From: Adineta vaga
Lineage: Eukaryota > Animalia > Rotifera
Assembly (NCBI GenBank): GCA_021613535.1
Contig: CP075493.1
Location: 7,316,001 to 7,380,000 of the forward strand
DNA: 64,000 bases
Direction of reading: 5' to 3'
Below are positions 13,755 to 25,645 of the stretch, in pieces. The notes below the pieces were generated by a model, which was not told where the DNA came from, did no database searches, and saw nothing but the letters and a program-made list of their open reading frames with translations. A program made the position numbers and the translations under genes. Positions within the stretch are counted from its first letter, which is position 1. Each line of letters begins with the position of its first letter.

Positions 13755-15276
13755 ATGAAGAAGAAAACCGCGACTAACTGACTTTTGCATGATGATGATG
13801 ATGATTAGTATTATTTTCATTTCGTTCAAATTTTCTTGTCCTTTTCTTTCTTTTTTCGTTCTGTATAAATGATGATCCATATGTTGATGTGTCTGTCATA
13901 TTGAAAGGCGGTGAAGATAGAAAGTGTGAGCAACCATCTGGAGAAGGAAAAGAAATCTTGATTGAGATCGATGAAGTGCTGTTTTATTATTCATTACAAA
14001 TCTAGCACGAAAGGTAACAAGATTATTAATCGTATATCAATGTTGTGAGTAGAACTCATTTATAAATTTATTCCATTCATTCATTTCATGTATTTTCTCG
14101 ATTAATCACTTCACAATAGTTAAGTATTATTATTATTTGATTCTCAAATGAATGTGCTATTCTTTAGTGTTCATTTTTATTCAATACATATTATCTTTCC
14201 TCAAATGATAATATGATGTCAACTAGAAAAATCAAAATAAATAAACGCTTGCGGGCTTCATATACCCGAGTTGTTCGTATCGCGGCTTAAAATCAAACGA
14301 TGATTCATATGTGTTGCTTTTTCTCTTTTTCATTGCAGGTGTTGAACACGAGCATACGTGATCATCACTGTTGCTGAATGGTTACTGATCGAATCGTGAA
14401 TGAACAGAAAAAGAAAAGTTGACAAGTTGTCTCTTTTCTATCCTTCAGGGCAATTTGAATAGACAACAACAAGAAAAGAAGTAAAATATAAAATGCCATT
14501 TGGTCAATGTTGCTTCTGGGTAAAGAAAAAGAAACCTTGTTAGACTACGAAAATTATAATTAGGCATTTTCTGCTTGTAACAATGATCTTTCATTTAACT
14601 TGATCATCCATACGTCTTCTCAAGAGCCTAGAATGCAATTAAATATGATGACAAAATCCACACGTTTGCAAACTTTATTTTTTTTCATTATCCGATCGTT
14701 CAGGAAAAGCAATCATCGACGATTTAAGTCTCCTGTGAATATCGACTAACACGAACGTCGCGCTTTTTTTCAACTTACGAGACAAAATCGTGTTTTCTTC
14801 GTCTTCTTCTCTTCGTCAAGTAAATGAAGATGGAATATGTCACATTTGAGAATATTATGCTGTCAGAGATGAACCAGTGATTAAATTAATCAAATGTATT
14901 AGAAAATAAGATGATAATATTTGTACGTTTACAATACGAATTTCTACTGGAGGATAAGAAAATCAATAAAGTAAATATATGCAACTATCTCTATGATTTT
15001 CTGCTATTAGATATCATCTCTCATTTCTGTCAATCCAAATCGAAAATAGTTCATAAGATTAAAAAATCAGAAACGAGTTTTTATTCATTTCAATTAAATA
15101 TATTCTTTCTTTCTTTTTTTTGTAAACTGTTCTTTTTATTTTTTTATTAGTATTTTTTCGGTGATGTTATTTTTTTTTTCATTTCTTATTATGCCAAATA
15201 AAACAAAACGCAGAAGACAATATTGGCACGTATAAATGACGATGCATACTCGGAAAAAAATGATTAATTTCTTTTT

Positions 15277-16879
15277 TTAACCAAATATATCAAGACCACC
15301 CATATCTTCATCATCTGATTCTGGTTCAGCTGGTTTTGCTGCGGGTGCAGCAGCAGCTGGCTTACCACTTGCAGCAGGTGCACTGGTTGGTGCTGCGGCA
15401 GCAGCAAATTTCGATGGATCTTTCAAGTATTCTTTCAACTAAAATACACAAAAGAAAACAGTTGAGTTCTATTGCAAACAGAAGAATTCTTAGTAATAGT
15501 AAACATAAAAATGGATTTCAGAACGCTGTTGGATATGGTTATTTGTTCATCAGTTGCTTTAATCAGTAGCAGAACTGGATAACAAGATTCATCATATGTC
15601 CATTTCTTCTCTAGAGAAAAAATTTCGTTCTTTTACTTACAGTTTTAGCTTGTTCAAACTCAACATCAGAGTTAGCGGCCAATCCAAGTAGACGTTTGAA
15701 TCCACCAAGAATGAGATGTGGTGCTGATGCTTGATTTGGATAATTAATACCAAGTGAAAAAGCAGCTAAACGTTGAACACCTTGAGAGAATTTGGCACGT
15801 AAATCAGCTGGTTTAATATCAAGAATTGTTGGTTCGAAACAAGATCCCGAATCATAAACTAATCAAAGAAAAACAATACAAGGATACATATAATAGAAAA
15901 ATCATTGTGTTCTACCTTGACGAATAATTAAACCATAACTAAATGGTGAAATATTCAACATATTAAGTAATGTTGCTTCACTTGGACCAACTTTCTCACC
16001 AATTTTAATTAAATGAACATCATTCTAGAAAAATCAAAGTAATTTAATTTGAATTTATATACTTGTATATACCTACGTACAATGATTTCAATAGTACCAC
16101 GTGTGATTTTAGTTGGAATTTGAAGTGCTTGAAAAAAACTGGTTTTTTCTGGACCTAAATTTGTTACTTGTGCCGGAATAGTGACATCAACAGGTGCAAT
16201 AGCACCAGCACGAGCTGGAGCAGCGACCTAAATAGAATTCTCTATGAATAAATATCAATTGAATTCAACATTCTCAAACCTTATTTTCCAAAATTTTATC
16301 GCGAATTGTACTTAAATCTTCTTTGGTAAAAACAAAGCCAATATTTTCATAGACATGTGGTAGTAATTTTTCTAAATTGCTATTTTTTGATGTTTGTCCA
16401 CGAATAGTTTTACGCATCATTGTATTTTTTCCCATCAAAATAACTAAATAAATTCATATTTAGCATTATTTCAACTATCTAACGAACAACATGAACACAT
16501 ACCAGCATGACCACGAAGAGATACACGAATTTTTTGCATTTGACGAGAACCAACATTATCAGCACCGACAATAAACACTTTCGGATATTCATCCAAATAT
16601 TGCTAGAAGAATATAAAATTTTACCTTAGTATAGATTATTTCGTTTGTCCTCTCGTATATATCCTTTAATAACTATATAGTTTTGAAATAATTGCTCTCA
16701 GAAGATATTATTCTCAGTGTTTCCGAAGAAACTCAAAATTGCAGAACACAGTATAAATTTGATAATCATCAACGAGCAATTACTGATAAGTTCGGTTTTT
16801 TAATACATCGAAAAATTATCTATACCGTTAAACGCATTGTATATTTGGCTTTCCATGTTGAACGATCTTCTTTCACCAT
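15277..16879 (-). CDS. RPLP0: 60S acidic ribosomal protein P0 (uL10)
   Basis: Exon 1 [18 protein letters not shown] (16879-16826), then [57 protein letters not shown]. Ala-rich hinge; ends [14 protein letters not shown]. Missed by the ORF track because the exons are short. Confidence 0.97.
15509..15605 (-). ncRNA. Intronic box C/D snoRNA, SNORD38/snR61-like, with a second guide
   Basis: Lies in the last, unusually long RPLP0 intron. Terminal stem AAATGGA/TCCATTT, C box ATGATGA, guide CCAGTTCTGCTA + D' CTGA, C' CTGATGA, guide CCATATCCAACAGCGTT + D CTGA. The D' guide is complementary to conserved 28S AGCAGAACUGG. Confidence 0.88.
16689..16782 (-). ncRNA. Intronic box C/D snoRNA, SNORD96-like (5.8S Gm75 guide)
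   Basis: Lies in RPLP0 intron 1. Perfect 9-bp terminal stem TAATTGCTC/GAGCAATTA, C box TTGATGA, guide TGTGTTCTGCAATT + D' TTGA, internal GTTTC-TTCG-GAAAC hairpin, D box CTGA. The guide is complementary to 5.8S AAUUGCAG(A/G)ACACA. Confidence 0.82.
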
Positions 16880-17238
16880 TTTTTCAAAAAATTTTTACCA
16901 GATGTTTCAATCTAAAAGAAATTCGAGTCAATTTAAGCAACTGTAATTTAGCAAGAATTTTCGATAAAAACGAAACGAATTTCTTAAGAACGACTACACG
17001 TCGATGTATCGTCCTCCTTCAAATCTCTTGAAATAAACAACAATTATGAATCGAACTTTTTCCTAAAGAAATAATTTTCATTTTGATTAAAATAATTAAG
17101 AAAATTTTCAAATAGCTTTTTTAGTGAATTGATATTATAGAAATCAAACGAAAGAAGGACAAAGTTATTTTCGAATGAAGAAATTAACCAATCAGATAAC
17201 TTGCTGTTGATTTTCCCCCAAATCAATCAAAATCAAAA

Positions 17239-20200
17239 ATGATTGAACCAACGAATCGAGAATGTACTTTATTAAAACGTTCTCACGATTTTGAACAGTA
17301 TTATTCTTCAAAACGAACAAAAAATGATAAACAGGATGACGAATCATCAATAGATACTGATATCGAATCGAATTATTCTATTAGTGATAATGATAGTGAT
17401 ATCGATAATATTGAAAATGATTCAAATCTATCAACGGATCAATCTCGATATATTCCGATTGTTTATAATCAAATTCAATCTTTGAGTAGATATTCAAAAA
17501 AATCAATCAAACAATTCAGATATATTTATGAACATAATCAAAGAAAACCGATTGTACCAACGCAAAGTACAGATGATAATCGAAATCAAAACAAATCTTT
17601 ACGATGTGAATTCAAACAGACATTTAACCGAATCGATCTCTTTAAAGAAGGTTATACTGTATTATCGGATGAAGCATTTCCATTCTATTCACTTTGTTAT
17701 ATGGTTTGTACTCAATGTTCTCTTGAAAGTTGCTAAATAATGAAAGAAAAGATCGTCTTTTTAGTGTGGTTCCATGGGTAGTGATTTAATCTATTGTAAT
17801 AGTTGTTGTCAAGCTTATCATATCGCTTGTTTAAATGAATTCGAACGTCCTCATCTATATCCAACATCTGAATCTTGGGTATGTCCTAATTGTACAATAT
17901 GTAATATATGTGGTTTATCGAAAAATTCTTCAATAATATCATGTTCGGATTGTAAACAAAGTTATCATATAAAATGTCTAAAACAAAACAAAGATGAAGA
18001 AGAAACTTTGAATAGATATCAACGAATTTGGTGTTGTCCATTGTGTATAAAATGTGATTGTGGACAAGCATTGTTGTCAACTGAACGAAATCTTTTATCA
18101 TTGAATAAATCTCTATTATCACAACAATCATTAATGTGTTCTGATTGTTTAAATAATATGAAAATTATTCGATCAAATAAAAATGAAACAATTGAAAAAT
18201 GTCATTTATGTGAGAAATTTATAGAACAATTTAGTACAAAACCCAAACCGTTGTTTTCTGTTTCATTAATTGGTAATCAATCGAGAGAAAAAGTGAAAAA
18301 TTTATTACAATGTCAACAATGTCATCATCGATTTCATCCAAAATGTGATGGATATTTAAATGAAGATGTAACATTGATACCATTGATGAAAAATACACCA
18401 ATAAGTATTATCTGTTCAAAATGTGATAATCATCAAAAGGAAAATATTAGAAATACATTGCTTAATTATAAAATACAAAGTAAGCGATTGAATAATTCCT
18501 CTCTAACAAAATCAAATCTCTTTAGTCGTGAAAAGTACAATAGCAAGTATCATTTCTACATTACAAATTATGATTACGGAAGATAATCGTTTACATACAA
18601 TGAAACGTTATATGTCAAATCTTCAACAATTACATCAATCACGACATTATTCATTGAATTTACATGCTTTTATCAATGATTTATTAATGATTATTCAACG
18701 TTTACTTGATAATTTTGATGGTCGACAATGGCAAGCAGCTATCGATAATTGTATTCATCAGCATTGTCCATGGTGGAAATCATTGAATAGAACAGTATTT
18801 TCTTCATCTGTAAATTCTTCAATATCACGTTGTTTTATTTCACCATCGATTGATCATACATATGCATTGAATAGTGATCATCTTTTTTCTCGATCAACTA
18901 TGCATAAAAATCATTTATTAACATCAACCGATTCTTTATTACGTTATATTGATAATAAACTTGATGAAAAAGATTCATTTGAAAATCTTTATCAAATCGA
19001 TATTCGATTTTGTCAATTATGTCAAACATATGCTGAACATTATTCAACAACTATTTCGCGTTTAATTTCAATTGGAATTAATGAATGGGTACATATCGGT
19101 TGTATACTTCCAGCATATTCAAAAATACTTGATCAATCACCATATATTTTACATAAGATACGAGAAATCGTTCAACGATGTCAAACAAAATTTAAATGTG
19201 ATTTTTGTTCAAAAATGGGTGCAAGTGTTCAATGTTATGAAACTAATTGTCAAACATATTATCATTGTCGATGTATAGAAGAATATTATACGAAATATGA
19301 TCAAAATCTACAAAGAAAATTTCAAATGATCAATGGATTATTACCAAATTTAACAACACTATGCGTAAAACATAGTAAAATAAAGATGAAAGATGAAACT
19401 GTATATTTAGATGATTTTGATCTTTCAAAATTGAAACCGGTTAATTTATCTTCTACAATATTTGCTGATCTATCCAATACTATTCATGAATTTTCTTTAG
19501 AGAGTATTCAACTATGTATCGGCTCTCTTCAAATCAAATCATTCGGTGATTTTCATTATCTTCTCGATGATGATCCAAATCGAACTATCTATCCGAATAA
19601 ATATCATGCATCACGTTTATTCTGGAGTACGAAGAATCCTCGTGAAAAAACTATCTATCATCTCTATATTGACATCGAACAAACATATCATCAGGAAAAA
19701 TGTAATCATCAAACTATAGAGTATCCTCTCTCGAACGAAGAACAATTGTATGAAATATGTCAAGAATATTTTAAAAAATTTCAAAGAAAACCATTTCAAC
19801 AGAAATTCAATCCATTAAAACAACAGGAAAGGTTCATTCAAGAAAATAAACAAATATCTTCATTGATTAAATGTCAACCATCAAAATCAATATCAAAAAT
19901 GATTACTCGACCAAGAGATCGATTTATGAATGGAAATTCTTTGGATGGAAAAACTTTACGAAGTTTGTTTACAGATGATCCAGAAAACTTCTCTCGATTA
20001 GCTCTTGCACTTGTACAAGCATTTCAACATCCTGAACAATCATTATCAGAAGCAAATATGTAAGATTAGAATCCTTATCACTCATGTTTAATATTGTTGT
20101 GTACTTATAGAAAAGTTCAAGAACCGATCTTCAGTTATTATTTGTCTGATCAAAAATCCAAGTCAGAAACGAATCAAACAGAATCACCAAATGGTATAAA

Positions 20201-21507
20201 AAATTTGCCAGTAATATTTGAATTTATTTTTTTTTCTTTAGATTTGTTACGTTCTTTTCAAACACAAACATCATCTATTCCACAAATCGATGGAAGTAGT
20301 GATTATGATGATCATATATTATCAGACACAAGCACAGAATCTTTCTCCAGCGAAGAATTAATTAAACGATATGAACAATGGTCAAAAACAAAATATGGTC
20401 ATGTGAAATTTACGATTGTTAGTAATGATGGATATAGAATTGTTTCCAATGATTTAGAACAAGCTTGGTCAAATGTTGTTAATCTAGTACGAGAATGTCG
20501 TGATGATATGAAATTAACACATTTACCAATGACGAATGAAGAATTAAATGGACATCGAATATTTGGTTTAACAAAATCCATTGTTAAAATTTTATTAAAT
20601 CAACTTTATGAAAACACATTGTCAATCGAAGAAAAGAACAAAACATTAATCTTACCATTATCATCATCGACTGACAATCGTAATTCAACTTCAATTATCA
20701 AACGAAAATTGAATTCAAAAAAAGTTTCTTTACTAAATTCAAGATTGAATATTTATCAACGAAAAACTGTTCAACATCAACGATTCAATTGGTTATTAAA
20801 TCCTAATCGAAAAGTTGAATATGCTTTGCAATCATTCGAAATCGATGATGCACTCGCATATGCAAGGTAAATTAGCAAAACAATTTGAAATCAACAAAAT
20901 AAATTCTCTTTTAGACAAATTCTTCTTGAAGAATCTTCAGTTCGTTTACGTCTCTATCATTTACGTTATTTTTCGGAACGAATATTAATTGTTGGTTCAT
21001 CATCTATACATGGTTGTGGTTTATTTACATTAATTGATCTAATTGAAGGACAAATGCTAATTGAATATACAGGAGAAATTATTCGTCCATGTCTTACTGA
21101 TAAACGTGAATATGAAAACGAAAGAAAAGTAAGAAAAATGTTCTATTTTTAAATAGAAATAATGAGGATTTTAGGGTTTTGGCTGTTATATGTTTACTGT
21201 TGATTCTATGAATGTTATCGATGCTACACATCAAGGAAATAAAGCACGTTTTATTAATCATAATTGTCAAGTAAGTTGATTGATAATCTAACAAATTAAT
21301 TTGCAATCACCTTGTGTTTTTTCTCCTCTTTAGCCAAATTGTTTTGCTAAAACGATTCATTCCGATGGTAGGAAACATATAATCATCTATGCATTGAAAG
21401 ATATTCCTCGTGGTTTCGAATTGACGTATGATTATTCCTTTCCCGAAGAAGATATCAAAATACCATGCCGTTGTGGTACAAATACTTGTCGAATTTATTT
21501 AAATTAA
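17239..21507 (+). CDS. Compact Trithorax/MLL (KMT2A/B-like) H3K4 methyltransferase
   Basis: Three PHD fingers, an extended PHD (WVHIGC...CDFCSKMGASVQC...YYHCRC), FYRN (YPNKYHASRLFWS), a Taspase-type site QIDGSSD, FYRC (LNGHRIFGL), SET (SIHGCGLF, IEYTGEIIR, ARFINHNCQPNC, ELTYDY) and post-SET CRCG..TCR.YLN*. Confidence 0.9.
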
Positions 21508-21966
21508 CAGTCATCTCTACATATTTTTGTATTTCTTTAGTCAGATGTTTTTTGTTTGTTTTTTGTTGTTTGTATAATACATGTATTTTAGATATTAAAG
21601 CATAAAAATTGATCTTGAAATTTTCAATTGATATTTTACTTATTTATAAACTTCGCGACATGTTTTTCTTCCTCGATAATTATGTTGAAATGAAAGAATT
21701 TTTCTCTTACCATTGTCAAGTGCCTCATATCAAACACTTAAATAAGGCAAGAATACTGTTCGAACGGAAATAATATGTTTTCGAAAAATATTGCATTATT
21801 GTTTTTTATCGGTTGTAATGCAAATATTAATCGATTGAATTATATGATAAGTGGCTATTAGAAAGATACTAATAAACATCTTCGCTTTCTCAAGCATAAA
21901 ATAATCAAGTATAATAACACACATATGTAGTTTTTGATAATTATCAAATAGTTCCAACTTTTCATT

Positions 21967-22367
21967 TGACGTCAAACATTGGTATTTTAATATGAAGTAG
22001 ATGATATAAATAATTCATATATTAGAAAAAGAAGGACAAGATTTAAGGTAAATTTCGGAGATATTGATGCTTAATGTTAGATCTTTTTCTAATTAACAAT
22101 ATAACTCAAGGAATCGTGTGTATTATATTCTGTGGTCATGAAAACAGTACATAAAACTTAATATCTTCTTGTTTGCTGACGTCGTGCTATTTCATCCAAT
22201 TACGTCTATAAGTTTTCATGTTGTAATTATCTTACTTGGAACAACTTATTATATCATGATGACATGTCATTTTTTCAAATCAAACTTACTGTTTCTTCTT
22301 ACTTGATTACAATAATCTTCTTTGTGTGACATAGTTCGGAAACAGATTAATGATATTTTTGACGTCA
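21967..22367. promoter_or_regulatory. Cluster of cAMP-response-element (CRE) palindromes
   Basis: TGACGTCA at 21967-21974 and 22360-22367, plus TGACGTCG at 22177-22184, about 1.0-1.4 kb upstream of a prohormone-like gene. Confidence 0.4.
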
Positions 22368-23349
22368 ATTGCGCATTTACTGATGAAATTTAAAAACTAT
22401 TGAAATACATATACGACTTCTTGTCTGCTTGATAGGACAAAGATCTTTGTTGTCTATATTTTATGGATCATTAAAAACCATTGAAGTAAATAACTATTCT
22501 TATTCATTAGAATGAATAGATTTATACAAGCTTGAAAATTTAATGATTCTCAAGAGAATCTAGTACGAGTTCCTTTTTAACTATTCAGTATCTATCAATT
22601 TAATTGAAAAAAAACTACAAGTAAAACTGACTTATAAATATTCATTATATTCACCTCGAGTTCACATCAATAATACAATATCATTCAGTTGAACATCTGG
22701 ATATAGAGACAATTTATTCAAGTACATTTATAGCACACCAATAAAATTAGCAATTCGAATATTGTTTTTGATTAATCATACTGAAAACTAAATGCGACAG
22801 ACATATGAACCAGAAACCGGAAATTTCTCATGTTATTGTTTGAATCAAAAACAAAAACAATATTCTAACAAACTGTCGTTAGTAAATCTGCTTAGAACTA
22901 TATAAATTTCTGTGCACCTTATTTTCTTCGTTAGTAAATGATAATCCAATCCCCAATGGAAAAAAAAATAGACAGAAATATTTGAAATGAAGGTAAAAAA
23001 GAAGCCCCTGGATAAGGTTATGAATATTTCTTTTGTTCTCTAGAATAAGTATATGCTAACTTGTTGTGACACTCAACGTCGTATTTTCTCGCTTAATGAT
23101 ACAAAGAGTTCGAAGAAAGAAAAGCAAGCACGAACAATTTCTCCTTTTCTAATTACAAATCGGACTAGGAGGAAACAAAAAAAAATACAAAATACGAAAG
23201 ACTATTCACTCATATATATATACATCCTGTCGTAGTCTGATTATACTTTGCATATAGATTGCGTTTTTCTCACTATTCTAGAATACTTTTCTTGACATAT
23301 AAAGAAGAAAAAAAAGAATCTTTTTTCCTCTCTACATACCTCGATAAGA

Positions 23350-24762
23350 ATGACAACAATAAGAGTACGTCACACATTTCTAGAGAAAATAAGAGCTCAT
23401 ACGTTTGAGTATATTTTATTTTTGAAGAATCGGAAAAGAAAGTCAAATAAAAAGTTGTCTTTCTCTATAAACACCTTTCGATTGATATACAAAAGGTACA
23501 ATTCATCGATTTTTCTAGATGATCTCAAAGATGTCTTTGATTGTTTATGGTGTTTTATCTTTAAATATCATTATTCATGCATTACCTATTCAACCAATTA
23601 AAGAAGGTAAAATACTTAATTCAACTGTATTACTATACATCATCTATTTTAGTTATTCCACTAACTAAACAGACTTCAATCAAGTCTATAATTGATTCAA
23701 AATCCGCTACAACATCTGAAAAAAAGCATGACAATGCTGAAACGAAAAGAAAACGTAATGTTGAAGCAATCATTCCATTCGATGAATTTACAGATGATGA
23801 AAGTAGTGAAGAACATGATATTGAGATTAAACATAAATTACATCCAAAAATGAAAGAAACACCTGCACAAATTCATGACAATGCTGAACGTAAGTTTTCT
23901 TTATTAAATCTGATAGTGCAAGAATTCATGAGTCAGAAACTTATTATTTTTTTTTGGCTTCTTCTCTTCTTCTAGAACCAGTTGCTACAGATGATTCGAA
24001 AACGTTTACAGAAATCAAAATGAACCAAAATGAATTAGCCAACCTATCAAATCAACGTCGTCGTCGTCATGTTCTTTTCAATGATCATAGCAATCAAAGA
24101 CATAAACGAGCTTTATCAGCATATGGATTGTATGATACTGATCCGGTTAGTTTTATTGTTTGACAGCGTGCTACTTGAAAATTATATACAATCAATATTG
24201 ATAGTTTTGTAATGATTTTTTGTTTCATTATTATTTTAGTTATACGCATCGGTTCTTGAACGACAACAATTTGTCCGTCCGACACGATCTTTTTCGTAAG
24301 AAATAATAGTAAAGTTGTACCATTTTCTCAATTCATATGTGCACTTTATTAGACCGATCTATTGGTACCCGTCCTCGTATGAACGAAATACTCGTTCAGC
24401 ATTGATTTCATCTCTTTATGATCAACCTGAATGGAGTAGAATTGCCGTAGATGATATCGATGAAGATGAAAGTAAAATAAAGCGATTTAAATATCTTGTC
24501 AAAGTATCATTTGTTTTATTGATAACTTTAGATACATTTTTAAATGATGATGATGAATATCAAACGTATCCGATTGTATATGATAGTTCTGAACTACCAC
24601 AAGATTATAATATCGCTGTAGATGATGATGACTATGATGATGATGATGATGATGATCTCTATCCAGTAAGTGATGCGTACATTTGTCACCTATTCATTAA
24701 ATAAAATATCTATTATTTTGTAGCTTCGTTATAATCCAACTTATGGCTATTTGAAAAAATGA
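23350..24762 (+). CDS. Orphan secreted prohormone-like precursor (multi-exon)
   Basis: Signal-peptide-like MSLIVYGVLSLNIIIHALP. Convertase sites KRKR, RRRR, RHKR, RPTR, RNTR. Acidic Tyr-rich C-terminus; stop TGA 24760-24762. The first exon (MTTIR) is less certain; an alternative start lies at ~23519. Confidence 0.7.
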
Positions 24763-25090
24763 ATACAACCGGTTTATTTCTAAGAAAATCAGAAAATCGA
24801 TAAATAAAGAGAAAAAAAAAGAAGAATCAAAACATTGTTCCTTTTATTCTTTCTATGTTGTGATTAAGAGCATATATAAAAAATACATATTTTTTCCTGT
24901 GTTGTGTGTATCTACTTACGATTTGTCACGTTCTTCCTCTCTCCCATCATGTGTCTTACATTGATATCAATCATTATTCATAGGCATGTAACCAACCATT
25001 CACATATTTATTTGCTCGTATTTCGTATAATTACGTGACGAGATATTTTTTCTTTCTTAAACACAAAATTAAGAAAATTTCTCGAGTTCA

Positions 25091-25423
25091 ATGAATAATA
25101 CCAATGAGACGATATGTTTTACGTGTCAAATAAGTAACGGACTTAGTACAACAGAACAACATGGAATTATTATATTAGTTGTTGTGATGTTTATTTGCCT
25201 TGTATTGTGTTTTACAGGTATTCTATGGTTTGGATTTCATACACGTTTGAAAATGAGTCTCAGCTCAAATGCTAATGTTGGTAATCCAGCGCATAATAAT
25301 GAGGCATTTAACAATGAAGCAGAAGATGATGATGATTACGAGGAATATATGCAAAATATGAAGAATACACAGCGATCAACAACAGAACAAGTTAATATTG
25401 ATCTGAATGATCGACGAAATTGA
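25091..25423 (+). CDS. Small single-pass membrane protein, unknown function
   Basis: 110-aa ORF with N-terminal N-glycosylation sequons (NNT, NET), one hydrophobic helix (GIIILVVVMFICLVLCFTGILWFGF) and an acidic tail. Confidence 0.65.
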   Translation: MNNTNETICFTCQISNGLSTTEQHGIIILVVVMFICLVLCFTGILWFGFHTRLKMSLSSNANVGNPAHNNEAFNNEAEDDDDYEEYMQNMKNTQRSTTEQVNIDLNDRRN

Positions 25424-25645
25424 TTATGATTTATTTCTGTTTCCGGAAATTATATATATAATAAAGAATAATTTTTGATGAAATTCAATATTATTTGTAA
25501 TATAAGATCGGGTGCATTTTGAGAACATATTTTTCTATATAAATCGAGCAAAAGTACATTTATTACTATGTCATTCTGCCCATTAGAGATATTTATTTAA
25601 AAAAAAACAGCAACTATCGGTAATGATACAAAAAGATTTGATTAG

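Noticed and set aside
21640-21713. Minus-strand ATGGTAAGAGAA (MVRE...) as a distant RPLP0 first exon, which would nest KMT2 in an intron
   Set aside because: The true exon 1 ([13 protein letters not shown]) is at 16879-16826.
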